From positions 2,064-66,063 of the forward strand of contig CAZWAR010000003.1 of the NCBI GenBank assembly GCA_964631965.1: a DNA stretch of 64,000 bases. The letters run 5' to 3'. This document shows, in pieces, positions 49,275-59,263 of this stretch. This DNA is from an uncultured Gaiellales bacterium (GTDB taxonomy: Bacteria; Actinomycetota; Thermoleophilia; RBG-16-64-13). The stretch's first letter is position 1. The number at the start of each line of letters is the position of its first letter. The notes beneath the pieces were generated by a model. That model was given only the letters and a program-made list of their open reading frames with translations, was not told the origin of the DNA and did not search any database. The position numbers were made by a program, and so were the translations under genes.

Positions 49275-50620
49275 CCACCGACGAAGTCGTACCCGACAGC
49301 CGACTCGATGGTCACTTTGATGACGTCTCCCACCCTCACCCGGTCCGGCAACTCGCCCTCGATGTACACCACTCCATCCACTTCGGGCGCCTGGCCGCGT
49401 GTCCGCCCGACCACCTGTGGTCCCTCGCTGCTCTGGGATGGCTCGATCTCGTCGACCATCACCTCCACCGTGCCGCCCACCTGCCGCGCGTGTGCAGCCT
49501 CCGCCGTCTCAGCCAGTACCTGACTCAGGCGGTTGAAACGCTCCCGCGCCACCCGCTGGGGGACACGCGGCATCAGCCTGGCAGCCGGAGTACCCTCCTC
49601 GGGACTGTATACGAACGCCCCGGCGTAATCAAACTCGGCCTCGCGCACGAACTGGAGAAGATTCTCGAAGTAATCCTCCGTCTCCCCGGGAAACCCCACG
49701 ATGAAGGCGGTGCGGATCGCCACCCCGGGAATGAGCCGGCGAGCCCGGTCCAGCAGTCTCAGGTAGGAATCGCCGTCTCCGGCCCGACCCATGCGACGCA
49801 GAACCGCAGGATGGGAATGCTGCAGGGGTAGGTCCAGGTAGGGGCACAGCTTGCCGCCCTCGCCCATTCTCGTGAGGAAGGCCTCGCCCACGTGCTCGGG
49901 CTGTAGGTACATCACTCGAAGCCATGTAACCCTTGGATCCCGGGCCAGGGCTCCGACCAGGGCGGTCAGGTCCAGACCTTCGTTCTCCCAGCGGGCCGTG
50001 TCCTGCCCCACGAGCACCAGTTCCTTCGCGCCGACGGCCAAGCACGCCTCGGCCTCCGCCAGGATCTCCGCTGGAGACGACGCACCGTATCGACCTTTGA
50101 TCCCGGGGATCGCGCAGAACGTGCACAGCTCGTCGCACCCATCAGATATCTTGACGTATGCGTACGGCACTGCCGCACACGGAACGGCGACCAGCGACAG
50201 CGGGGCCCCGCCCACCACGCCCTTGCTCGACTCGGGAAACGCGCCGGTCTCCACCCGGTCCAGAGCCTGTACGAGTTCCACTTGTTCCGGCCCGCCTATC
50301 AGCCCTGACCATCCCGCGACCTCCGGGATACCGACCTCGAGCTCCCGACGGTAGCGTTCAACGAGGCAGCCCACCGCCACGACCTTCTTGTCCGGATACG
50401 TCGCCGTGGCCTCGAGGATGGCCGAGATCGATTCCTCTTTCGCCTCCCGGATGAACCCGCACGTGTTCACGAGGATGTGGGTGGCTTCCTCAGGCCCCGT
50501 CACGATGAATGCGCCGGCCGCTGCGAGTGAGCGGGCCAGTCTTCTGCTGTCCGCTTCGTTCTTCGGGCACCCGAGTGTGTGGATGTACACCCGCGAACTG
50601 CCGGAGACATCCCGGCTCAT
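49247..50620 (-). CDS. rimO: Radical-SAM methylthiotransferase, likely ribosomal protein S12 methylthiotransferase RimO
   Basis: MTTase domain (LGCPKNEADS), radical SAM (CDELCTFCAIP) and TRAM. Positioned next to pgsA/recA as in Clostridia. Confidence 0.6.
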   Translation of the reverse strand: MSRDVSGSSRVYIHTLGCPKNEADSRRLARSLAAAGAFIVTGPEEATHILVNTCGFIREAKEESISAILEATATYPDKKVVAVGCLVERYRRELEVGIPEVAGWSGLIGGPEQVELVQALDRVETGAFPESSKGVVGGAPLSLVAVPCAAVPYAYVKISDGCDELCTFCAIPGIKGRYGASSPAEILAEAEACLAVGAKELVLVGQDTARWENEGLDLTALVGALARDPRVTWLRVMYLQPEHVGEAFLTRMGEGGKLCPYLDLPLQHSHPAVLRRMGRAGDGDSYLRLLDRARRLIPGVAIRTAFIVGFPGETEDYFENLLQFVREAEFDYAGAFVYSPEEGTPAARLMPRVPQRVARERFNRLSQVLAETAEAAHARQVGGTVEVMVDEIEPSQSSEGPQVVGRTRGQAPEVDGVVYIEGELPDRVRVGDVIKVTIESAVGYDFVGGWAGGGSRA

Positions 50621-50621
50621 G

Positions 50622-51464
50622 CTACTCAGTGGTCTCGGTGGATCCGGACTCCTGCCGCTCCACCCCCGTCTCCGTGACCAGGAATGTGCCGGCTTCGCCG
50701 GTGACAGTGAACGGCGTCCCGTTGATAGAGATCGAAAGCACTTCCGGGATGCCCGCCCTCAACCAGTAGCGCTTGGCGGCATTGAACGTCTGCGTGCCCC
50801 CGGCCGACAAGGTGCCGGCGTACAGTTCGGCACCATCCTCCCCATACTGCCGCACGACGAGCCAGCAACTCCCCTCCGTGACCGAGAGGACCATCGTGAC
50901 GTTCTGTCCCGTGGTGGTAACCACGGTGCTGGCCCCCGAACTGGTGGTCGTGGTGTCCGCCTCCTTGTCCGTGGATGTGGTTGTCACTGCCAAGCCACCG
51001 GAGACGACGGTCGATACCGTGGTGGAACTGGGAAGATTCTCGGGACCTATGACGGCCCCCCCGCTCCCGGGCCTGGCACCCAGCCAGGCGATCACAACGA
51101 TAACGGCGACGGCGAGGAGCGCAGCAGCCACATAACCGCGCTGGTGCCGGCCCCGTTTCTTTCTGCGGTCTCCGGCCTGGGTGCGCCGCGGCTGGAAAGG
51201 CTCGGGCCGGGTGGGTACGGCTTCCTCCTTCTGTTCGTGTGCGCCGCCGTACTCGTACAGAAGAAGGTCTGGATCGAGCTTCAGAAAGACGGCGTAGGAC
51301 CGGAGGAAGCCCTTGACCACGGTCGACCCGGGCAGAACGTCAAAGTCGTTCTCCTCGAGGGCTTCGAGATACTTGGAACGGATCTTCGTGACCTTCTCGA
51401 CATCGGATATCGAGAGCCCCCGCTTAATCCGCGCCTCACGAAGGGTGTTGCCAATGTCTGGCAC
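50622..51464 (-). CDS. RodZ-like HTH-domain membrane protein
   Basis: N-terminal XRE HTH (LREARIKRGLSISDVEK), a TM segment and a C-terminal DUF4115-like domain. Confidence 0.7.
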   Translation of the reverse strand: MPDIGNTLREARIKRGLSISDVEKVTKIRSKYLEALEENDFDVLPGSTVVKGFLRSYAVFLKLDPDLLLYEYGGAHEQKEEAVPTRPEPFQPRRTQAGDRRKKRGRHQRGYVAAALLAVAVIVVIAWLGARPGSGGAVIGPENLPSSTTVSTVVSGGLAVTTTSTDKEADTTTTSSGASTVVTTTGQNVTMVLSVTEGSCWLVVRQYGEDGAELYAGTLSAGGTQTFNAAKRYWLRAGIPEVLSISINGTPFTVTGEAGTFLVTETGVERQESGSTETTE

Positions 51465-51474
51465 TTGGGTCCGG

Positions 51475-52572
51475 TTATGCCTCTCCGATCAAGCGCGCCA
51501 TGTCTGCCGCGAACCGGCACGCATCACTTTCAGGGTCGGATGTCGTCTCGAACTCGAGAACGAATCGCCTGCCCTCTACGCACGACCGTTCGTAGAGCGG
51601 ATCGTAGTAGCTGGCCAAAAGAGCCTCCACGACGTCTCTAAATCTACCATCCGCAAAAGCCCTTTCCAAGGACAGCACTTCCTCCTTGGGAAGCCGGGCG
51701 CCGATGAGCTCGAGGCTCCGGCGGAAACGGTCATGGTCGCCCTCGGCCCAGCTATCAGGAGAATACTCCTGGATGATCCGTGCCGCCCTGGCCTCTGCCG
51801 GGGCCCTCACCAGCACCGGCGTGCCCGACCGGATCGCATCCGCCACGGTGCCCGGCACGAACAGCCTGCCGATCTTGCCGCCTTCGCACTCCAGAATCAG
51901 GTAGTCTCCGCGGGCGCCTCGTAACTCGTCCCAGAGAAGCGCGTCGAAGTCCTTCTGCCTCCGCTCTCCCGGTTGGTTCAATCCCCCCAGCAGGGATCCA
52001 CGGTGCAGGGCCAGACCCTCGAGATCCACTACCCACGGCCGGGGCGTATCGAGTCGCGGAGAAATGCGCACCAGCTCACGGATGAGGGCGCTTTTCCCCG
52101 CTCCGGTGTGACCGTAGAGCGTGAAGACCGGTACCGGCGGGCGCCAGTGAGCCATTCCTTCGAGGACTTCCTTGCGATACGCACGGTAGCCGCCCCTTAC
52201 GATCACGGCATGGACGCCGACCAGCGCCAACAGAAGAACGACGTTGCGGCTGCGTTCGCCTCCACGCCAGCACATCACCGCGAGCCTGCGGCCCTTCGGT
52301 AGTGAACGAGCCAAGGCCACGAGCGAACCAAGGTACACGGGCAGCCCCGGACTGACGAGCTCCATTGCAACCAGTCTCGCTTTCGCGGCTCCCTCGTTCT
52401 TGTAGGAGACCCCGACTGCTGCGCGCGCCGGGTCGTCGAGCAACGGATGGTTCAGGGACCCGGGCATGTGCCCTTCTGCGAATTCCGCGGGCGAGCGGAC
52501 ATCGACGACCTGGAACCCACCTTCCATCGCCTCCGCCGCGGTGATGGAAGGCACCTGCAGGTTCTCAGTCAC
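51475..52572 (-). CDS. mnmH: tRNA 2-selenouridine synthase (MnmH/SelU), rhodanese + P-loop
   Basis: Rhodanese motif (VVDVRSPAEFAEGHMPGSLN...MCWRGGERS) and P-loop GHTGAGKS. A candidate GTG start at 52572 overlaps the ftsK 3' end. Confidence 0.6.
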   Translation of the reverse strand: MTENLQVPSITAAEAMEGGFQVVDVRSPAEFAEGHMPGSLNHPLLDDPARAAVGVSYKNEGAAKARLVAMELVSPGLPVYLGSLVALARSLPKGRRLAVMCWRGGERSRNVVLLLALVGVHAVIVRGGYRAYRKEVLEGMAHWRPPVPVFTLYGHTGAGKSALIRELVRISPRLDTPRPWVVDLEGLALHRGSLLGGLNQPGERRQKDFDALLWDELRGARGDYLILECEGGKIGRLFVPGTVADAIRSGTPVLVRAPAEARAARIIQEYSPDSWAEGDHDRFRRSLELIGARLPKEEVLSLERAFADGRFRDVVEALLASYYDPLYERSCVEGRRFVLEFETTSDPESDACRFAADMARLIGEA

Positions 52573-55399
52573 TTTCGAGCTCGTCTCCTCGATCCCCCAC
52601 TCCGCTCTCGAGACGAAGCTCGGCCAACACCTGCTCGACTTCGTCCGTCTCCACGAGAATCTGCCGGGGCTTGCTGCCCTCCCACGGTCCGACGACGCCC
52701 CGCCGTTCCAGCATGTCGATGAGCCGGCCCGCACGCGTGTAGCCGACACGCAGCCGACGCTGCAGCATCGACACCGAGGCGCTGCCGGTCTCGATCACCA
52801 ATCGCGCGGCTTCGGCCAGCAGATCGTCCGCGTCGGGGTCGAACTGCTCCTCCTCCACCCTCTTGAGCTCCTTCGGGTCGGGCGGTCTGCGTAGCAGCTC
52901 CTCACGGAACTCCGGCTCCGCCTGCCGCCGCCAGTGGCCCACCAAGAGGGCTATCTCCTCCTCGGTGATGAACGCGCCCTGCACTCGTTCCATATGGCTG
53001 GATCCAAGGGGCTTGAACAGCATGTCGCCACGGCCCAGAAGGGTCTCGGCCCCGTTGACATCGAGGATCACCCGCGAGTCGATCTGGCTGGAGACCGCGA
53101 AGGCGATACGCGAGGGGATGTTGGCCTTGATCATGCCGGTGATGACATCCGCCGACGGCCTCTGGGTAGCGACCACCAGGTGGATGCCCACCGCTCGCGA
53201 TTTCTGAGCCAGGCGGATGACGTATTCCTCCACCTCCTGCGGGGAGACCATCATCAGATCGGCCAGTTCGTCGATGACGACCACGATGTAGGGGACCGCG
53301 CGCTCTCCGCGGCGCGCCCTCGCCTTGTTCATGTCGCCCAGGCTGCGGCAATGCTCGAGTTCCATCAACTCGTAGCGGTCCTCCATCTCCTTGCAGACGT
53401 TGTGCAGTACTCCGGCCGCATCCTTCATGTTCGTCACGACGGGCACGAGCAGATGCGGGATACGGTCGTAGTGGGACAGTTCGACCTTTTTCGGATCGAC
53501 CATGATCATTCGCACCTGCTCGGGCGTGCTGCGCAGCAAGATGGACGAGACGATGCAGTTGACGCAGCCGCTCTTGCCGGAGCCGGTGGTACCGGCGATA
53601 AGCAAGTGGGGCAATTTGGCCAGGTCGGAGTACACCGGCTTGCCGGAGATGTCCTTGCCCAGCCACACGTGGAGCGGGCCGGCGCCCTTCGGGAACTCGC
53701 GGTAGATATCCCCCAGGGTGACGAAGTCGGGACGCTGGTTCGGCACCTCCACGCCCACCGCCGACTTGCCGGGGATCGGGGCAAGGATGCGGATCTCGGT
53801 GGTTGCCAGTGCGTATGCGAGGTCATCCTTGAGCGAGGACACCTTGGACACCTTCGTCCCCGGCGCCAACTGCAACTCGTAGCGCGTCACCCGCGGCCCC
53901 ACGACCATGCCGACCACACGGGCCTCCACCCCGAACTGCGCGAGGGCCTGCAGCACGACGGCAGCCGTGTCGCGCTCTGTGGTGCGCCCGGCTGACATAG
54001 GGGCGCTCTTCTTGAGCAGTTCCGCCTCCGGCAGGAGGTAGTTGGGCGTCTCGACCGGCAGTTCGCTCTGCCGCGGGGTCCGGGCGAGCCCCGGCAGCGT
54101 CTCCTGCCGTCCGTCGAGCGTCTCCTCCGTGGGGTCGGACCGCTGAGCCCCCGCCGGTTCAGCCGAACCAGGCCCTCCCTGCCCCCGGTTCCGGCCATCG
54201 ATGCCGGTAGACACCGAGCCGGACCCTTCGGCCGCCCCCGTCGAGGACAAGCCTGCGTTGCCTGTGGCCGAGCCCCCCTCTCCTCGGACAGCGCCCGAGG
54301 CCGTCCGGGCCGAGCCCGACCCGGTCACAGCTGTCGTGGCCCCGGGGTCCTCGCCCGGCGTCGGGGGTACACCATAGAGATCCGCGAACACCTGAGCTCC
54401 GTCGAGTACTGCCGGGCCCTGCGGGGCCCCGCGTGCGGGTGCAAGCGGGCTGCGCTCGCCCGCCTTGCCGTCGGACCAGTCGTCGAACTCGTCCCCAAAA
54501 GGACTGGTTTCCGGGGACCGTCCCGAAGGCAGGGTGTCTGCGTCGTCCCCGACCAGGTCCACAGGACCGAGCCTGGGCACCCCCACCGCTCGGACCGAGC
54601 CTCCAGAGGCCGTCTGCCACCCGACGCCCGTCCCTCCGGCGAACATCCCTGAGTCTGCGCCGTCCAAACGCCCGGCCGGGTCTCGGACCAGGGTCATCCC
54701 GCGTCCCGCTCCCTCCTTGACCATTCCGGCGGCTCGCTTCGTCCCTCGACCGATACGGGCCGCGGTCACCCCCGTGGCCAGACTGAAGCCGGCGAGCACC
54801 GCGACCCAGCCGACGATACCCACTCCGACAGTTCCAGACAACCTACGTAGCAGCGCATAGAAGGCCTCCCCCAAGCCGCCGGCGCGCCCTTCGAACTCCG
54901 CCCGGGAGAAGTAGTCGACCCCGTGACCTCCGAAGGGTGGAGCCCCGGCCGCCACCAGAACGAACAGGCCGAACAGGAAGACCAGGGCACCGGCGAACCA
55001 ATAGGAGTGCCGCAGCCCGGTCTCGAGCACCGTGGTCACCGAGAGCCCGAGGAGCACGATCGGCACCACCAAGGCCAGGTGGCCGAAGGCGAACGTCAGT
55101 CCAGCCGCCACACCGCGGCCCAGCACGCCTCCAGTCCCTCCCGCGAGAAGCACCACGAAAAGGAAGACGGCCACGCCGAACAGCACGAGCGCGGCCATTT
55201 CGCGCTGCCGTCCCGGCTTGGGCGACCGGCTCTGCCCACCTTTCGGCACGGGATTCTTCCTGCTTCGGCCGGACGCGGAGACCGCTCTCGTCGGCTCGGT
55301 GCCCGCCCGAGTGCCATGCGCCGCGCGGGGAGCCGAGGCCGAAGAACGGGGCTTAACGGCAGTCCGCGCCGCCTGTTGGCTGCTGCTCCGGCCGGGCAT
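52565..55399 (-). CDS. ftsK: DNA translocase FtsK
   Basis: 944 aa with an N-terminal membrane domain, a Pro/Gly-rich linker, a motor domain (HLLIAGTTGSGKS) and a gamma winged-helix. Confidence 0.95.
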   Translation of the reverse strand: MPGRSSSQQAARTAVKPRSSASAPRAAHGTRAGTEPTRAVSASGRSRKNPVPKGGQSRSPKPGRQREMAALVLFGVAVFLFVVLLAGGTGGVLGRGVAAGLTFAFGHLALVVPIVLLGLSVTTVLETGLRHSYWFAGALVFLFGLFVLVAAGAPPFGGHGVDYFSRAEFEGRAGGLGEAFYALLRRLSGTVGVGIVGWVAVLAGFSLATGVTAARIGRGTKRAAGMVKEGAGRGMTLVRDPAGRLDGADSGMFAGGTGVGWQTASGGSVRAVGVPRLGPVDLVGDDADTLPSGRSPETSPFGDEFDDWSDGKAGERSPLAPARGAPQGPAVLDGAQVFADLYGVPPTPGEDPGATTAVTGSGSARTASGAVRGEGGSATGNAGLSSTGAAEGSGSVSTGIDGRNRGQGGPGSAEPAGAQRSDPTEETLDGRQETLPGLARTPRQSELPVETPNYLLPEAELLKKSAPMSAGRTTERDTAAVVLQALAQFGVEARVVGMVVGPRVTRYELQLAPGTKVSKVSSLKDDLAYALATTEIRILAPIPGKSAVGVEVPNQRPDFVTLGDIYREFPKGAGPLHVWLGKDISGKPVYSDLAKLPHLLIAGTTGSGKSGCVNCIVSSILLRSTPEQVRMIMVDPKKVELSHYDRIPHLLVPVVTNMKDAAGVLHNVCKEMEDRYELMELEHCRSLGDMNKARARRGERAVPYIVVVIDELADLMMVSPQEVEEYVIRLAQKSRAVGIHLVVATQRPSADVITGMIKANIPSRIAFAVSSQIDSRVILDVNGAETLLGRGDMLFKPLGSSHMERVQGAFITEEEIALLVGHWRRQAEPEFREELLRRPPDPKELKRVEEEQFDPDADDLLAEAARLVIETGSASVSMLQRRLRVGYTRAGRLIDMLERRGVVGPWEGSKPRQILVETDEVEQVLAELRLESGVGDRGDELESD

Positions 55400-55400
55400 C

Positions 55401-57119
55401 TTATACCTCGACCACTATGGGGAGCACCATGGGCCGGCGCCCCGCTTCCTTGTGCAGAAACTTCTGGAGCACGTCGTGCACCCTGGTTTTGACCACCGCG
55501 ATATCGGACGCTTGGACCATCTCTTCGCCTCCCAGCGCTTCGAGGACCCGTTGCTTGGCCTTCTCCGTGAGTTCGTCGAGATCCCCGGCATGAGCGAACC
55601 CGCGGAAGACGATCTCCACGTCGCCCACGATCTCCCCGTCTTGGGAGCTGCGGACCACCACGATGATCACCAGGCCGTCGTTTGCGAGATGCTGGCGGTC
55701 CCGCAGGACCAGGTCGCGAAGGTCCCCCATGGCGAATCCGTCGACCAGCGTCATGCCGGCCTGGACCCGGTCCACGATCCCAACGCCCGCGTCGCTCAGC
55801 TCGAGTACATCGCCGTTCTCAAGCAGGAACACGTGGTCGGCCGCCACACCAGTGGCTTTGGCCAGCTCTGCATGGAAGTGGAGATGGCGATGCTCTCCGT
55901 GGATCGGCATGAAGTATGTCGGCCGCACAAGATTGAGCATCACTTTCAACTCTTCGGCCGCGGCGTGGCCGGACACATGAACCCCTGCATGCGACTCGTA
56001 TATCACGCGCGCGCCCGCAGCGAACAACCGGTCTATGGTGCGGTACACGCTGGTCTCGTTACCGGGCACAGCGCGGGCCGACAGTACCACCGTGTCGTCT
56101 TTCACGATCTGGACCAGGGGATGGTCATGCGAGGCGATACGGGCCAGAGCGGACAACGGTTCGCCCTGGCTGCCGGTGGAAAGAATGGCCACCCGATCGG
56201 GCGGGAGGAGGCCGATGTCGTGTGGCTTGATGAGTAAGCCCTGTGGTACATCGAGGTAGCCCAGGTTCTGGGCGATGTTCACGTTCTTGACCATGCTCCG
56301 GCCGATGACGGCCAAAGAGCGTCCATACTTCTCGCAGGTGTTCATGACCTGCTGGATACGATGGATGTGGCTGGCGAAGGACGCCACGATCACCCGCCCC
56401 GGAGCCAGGGCGAAAATGCCCTCCAAAGCGCCGCCCACGCTGCGCTCCGGCATTGTGAAGCCCGTCTTGTCGGCGTTGGTGCTGTCCGACATGAGCAGCA
56501 ATACTCCCTTGCTCCCCAGTTCGGCGAACCGCTGCATGGCCGTCGGCCGGTGGTCGATAGGTGTCTGGTCGAGCTTGAAGTCGCCCGTGTGCACCACCGT
56601 GCCGACCGGGGTGTGGATTCCCACCCCCACGCCGTCGGGGATGCTGTGGCTCACTTCCAGAAACTCCAGGGAGAACGGACCGAGGCTCAGTTGCTTCGCT
56701 GTGGTTATCTCGTTCAGCGACACCTTCCCCTGCAGACCGTGCTCTCCCAGCTTGGCATTCACCAAGCCGAGCGTGAGCCGAGTCCCGTATACCGGCGCGT
56801 CCACTTGTTTCAACAGATAGGGCAGAGCCCCGACATGATCCTCGTGCCCGTGGGTGAGGATGATACCCAGCAGACGCTCGCGGTTCTCGACCACGTACGA
56901 GAAATCAGGTAGCACCAGATCGATGCCGAGCATCTCGTCATCGGGGAACATGAGGCCGGCGTCGAGCACGAGCAGTGCGTCGCCGTACTCCAGAGCCATC
57001 ATGTTCTTGCCGATGGCTCCCAGCCCGCCGAGGGGTATCACTTTGAGAGCTTTGTCTGTCACGATTCCGGGTCGACGCCTCCAAGGCGCGATGAACAGGC
57101 CGACAACCACCGCCGCCAA
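55401..57119 (-). CDS. rnj: Ribonuclease J
   Basis: MBL + beta-CASP fold (HGHEDHVG). Confidence 0.9.
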   Translation of the reverse strand: MAAVVVGLFIAPWRRRPGIVTDKALKVIPLGGLGAIGKNMMALEYGDALLVLDAGLMFPDDEMLGIDLVLPDFSYVVENRERLLGIILTHGHEDHVGALPYLLKQVDAPVYGTRLTLGLVNAKLGEHGLQGKVSLNEITTAKQLSLGPFSLEFLEVSHSIPDGVGVGIHTPVGTVVHTGDFKLDQTPIDHRPTAMQRFAELGSKGVLLLMSDSTNADKTGFTMPERSVGGALEGIFALAPGRVIVASFASHIHRIQQVMNTCEKYGRSLAVIGRSMVKNVNIAQNLGYLDVPQGLLIKPHDIGLLPPDRVAILSTGSQGEPLSALARIASHDHPLVQIVKDDTVVLSARAVPGNETSVYRTIDRLFAAGARVIYESHAGVHVSGHAAAEELKVMLNLVRPTYFMPIHGEHRHLHFHAELAKATGVAADHVFLLENGDVLELSDAGVGIVDRVQAGMTLVDGFAMGDLRDLVLRDRQHLANDGLVIIVVVRSSQDGEIVGDVEIVFRGFAHAGDLDELTEKAKQRVLEALGGEEMVQASDIAVVKTRVHDVLQKFLHKEAGRRPMVLPIVVEV

Positions 57120-57154
57120 GCTGCGACCAGCGCACGGCGTAGCGGCAGTCCTAC

Positions 57155-57898
57155 CTAAAGAATGTTCTCCAAACCGACCACGAGTCCTTGCAGCGAGCGG
57201 ACCCGTTTGACTGCCAGCAGCACGCCTGGCATGAACGTGTCCCGGGTGATGGAGTCGTGCCGGATGCAGAGGGTCTCCCCTGGACCACCGAACAATACTT
57301 CCTGGTGGGCCACAAGGCCCGGGAGGCGGATGCTGTGGATGATGACTTCCTTGTCGAGCCCTCGATCGGCCCAGGCTTCTTCCACGCGCAGACGCGTGAG
57401 CCTCGACGTCCCCGAAGGGGCGTCCACCTTCTTGTCGTGGTGGAGCTCCACGATCTCGCAGGACCCGAAGTACTTGGCCGCCTGTTTGGCGAACTCCATC
57501 ATGAGCACGGCGCCCATGGCAAAGTTCGGGGCGACGAGCACGGGGGTCACATGGTGCTCGGCAGCTGCTCCGATCTCGGCCAGGTCGGCGGGGCTCAGCC
57601 CGGTGGTCCCCACCACGACCGGCACGTGACGTTCGAGGCTCGTCAGTACGTTCGCCTTCACTGAATCCGGGATGGTGAAATCGACCACGACATCGACGTC
57701 GACGATGTCCAGAGCGCTCTCCAAACGGGCGAAGTCCCCGCCCATGCCCAGCAACGGTCCTCCGCCCTCCCCGAAACCGGTGTCCACCGCCGCTGTCAGC
57801 TCCAGGGCTTCGTCAGCCCTCACTGCGTTGATCGTCGTGGTGCCCATGCGCCCCAATGCGCCGCAGACCGCGACCCTGATCCTGTTGTCGGCGTCCAT
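57155..57898 (-). CDS. dapB: 4-hydroxy-tetrahydrodipicolinate reductase
   Basis: IRVAVCGALGRMG and HHDKKVDAPSGT motifs. Confidence 0.9.
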   Translation of the reverse strand: MDADNRIRVAVCGALGRMGTTTINAVRADEALELTAAVDTGFGEGGGPLLGMGGDFARLESALDIVDVDVVVDFTIPDSVKANVLTSLERHVPVVVGTTGLSPADLAEIGAAAEHHVTPVLVAPNFAMGAVLMMEFAKQAAKYFGSCEIVELHHDKKVDAPSGTSRLTRLRVEEAWADRGLDKEVIIHSIRLPGLVAHQEVLFGGPGETLCIRHDSITRDTFMPGVLLAVKRVRSLQGLVVGLENIL

Positions 57899-57915
57899 CC
57901 CTTCCGGCTCCTAGC

Positions 57916-59193
57916 TCACATCAGCCCGGCCAGACAGTCAGCGGGCACCACCCCTTCGAACTCCGCCCGGTGAGCTCCTATACCCACCACGGACAGCCTC
58001 CCGGGCCGGTAAAGCTCAGATGCCAGCTCGAGTACCTGCTCAGGGGTCACGGCGTCGATGCGTGCAGCCAGCTCGTCGAGCGAGAGTATCTCGGTGTCGG
58101 TGAGCACACCTTTGCCCAGCCGAGTCATCCTGCTGGAGGTGCTCTCCAGGCCCAGGATAAGCCGTCCTTTCAGATGCTCCTTGGCTCTCTGCAGCTCTTC
58201 TGTGGGTACCGGCTCGGTGACGAGCCGAACCAACTCCCGGGAGACGGTGTCCATGACCGCCTCCAGGCGTTCGGGGCGGCAGCCGAAGTAGAGACCGGTC
58301 AGACCGGTCTCCTGATAGAGGCTGGAGAAAGAATAGACGCTGTAGACAAGCCCACGCTTCTCCCGGACTTCCTGGAACAACCGGGAGCTGAGCGAGCCCC
58401 CGAAAAGACTGTCGAGCACCGAGAGTTGATAGCGCCGGTCGTCGTCCCGGGCCAGGCCCACACCGCCGAGACAGACATGCATCTGCTCGGTGTCCTTCTC
58501 CTCAAACCGCCGCTCGGGCCTCGCGAGCGGGTTCGCCAAGGCCCGTTGCGGCTCCGCGCCGTTCGAGTCCATCTGCCGTTCCAGCAACAACCCCCGGATC
58601 TCGTCATGAGAGACCCTCCCGGCCGCCGCCACCACCATGTCGCTGAACTGGAAACGCCGGCCGTGATAACCCCGGATGTCCGCCTCGGATGCTTCGGCGA
58701 TGCTCTTGCGCGTGCCCAGTATGGGGTGAGCCAGCGGATGGCCATCGAGCACGACCTCGGCCAGGACGTCGTGGATGAGGTCCTGAGGGGAGTCGTCCAC
58801 CATGGCGATCTCCTCGAGGACGACCTCCCGCTCCCGGTCTAGGTCGGCGAATGTGGGAGTCATCAGCATGTCGGCCATGACATCCATGGCCACGGGAAGC
58901 TGATCGTCCAGGAAGCGGCCGTACACGACCACGTACTCCCGGGATGTGCTCGCGTTCAGCTCCCCTCCAAGGGTGTCGAAGACCTGCGCGGTCTCTTCCG
59001 CCGTATACTTCGACGACCCCTTGAAGAGGAGATGTTCGAGAAAATGGGTGGCGCCTTCGAGCGGGCCGGTCTCATCCCGTGAGCCTGCGGGGATCCAGAA
59101 GCCCAAACACACCGACCTGAGATGGTCGAGCTTCTCGGTGATCAGCCGCTGGCCGTTAGGGAGACTTTCTAGCCGGTAGTCGTCGGCAGTCAC
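57916..59193 (-). CDS. M16 family zinc metallopeptidase (YmfH/PqqL-like)
   Basis: Inverted zinc motif HFLEHLLF...E. Confidence 0.8.
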   Translation of the reverse strand: MTADDYRLESLPNGQRLITEKLDHLRSVCLGFWIPAGSRDETGPLEGATHFLEHLLFKGSSKYTAEETAQVFDTLGGELNASTSREYVVVYGRFLDDQLPVAMDVMADMLMTPTFADLDREREVVLEEIAMVDDSPQDLIHDVLAEVVLDGHPLAHPILGTRKSIAEASEADIRGYHGRRFQFSDMVVAAAGRVSHDEIRGLLLERQMDSNGAEPQRALANPLARPERRFEEKDTEQMHVCLGGVGLARDDDRRYQLSVLDSLFGGSLSSRLFQEVREKRGLVYSVYSFSSLYQETGLTGLYFGCRPERLEAVMDTVSRELVRLVTEPVPTEELQRAKEHLKGRLILGLESTSSRMTRLGKGVLTDTEILSLDELAARIDAVTPEQVLELASELYRPGRLSVVGIGAHRAEFEGVVPADCLAGLM

Positions 59194-59263
59194 TAACCTT
59201 CCTTCCGGAGACTCGATTCACGACGAAACACCGGTCGCTCAGCGCATCGCCTGCGATGAAGCT

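Noticed and set aside
57916-59193. Second M16 peptidase partner (YmfF/YmfH pair) expected from Firmicutes synteny
   Set aside because: Only one M16 ORF is present between dapB and pnp; no second copy or remnant was seen.
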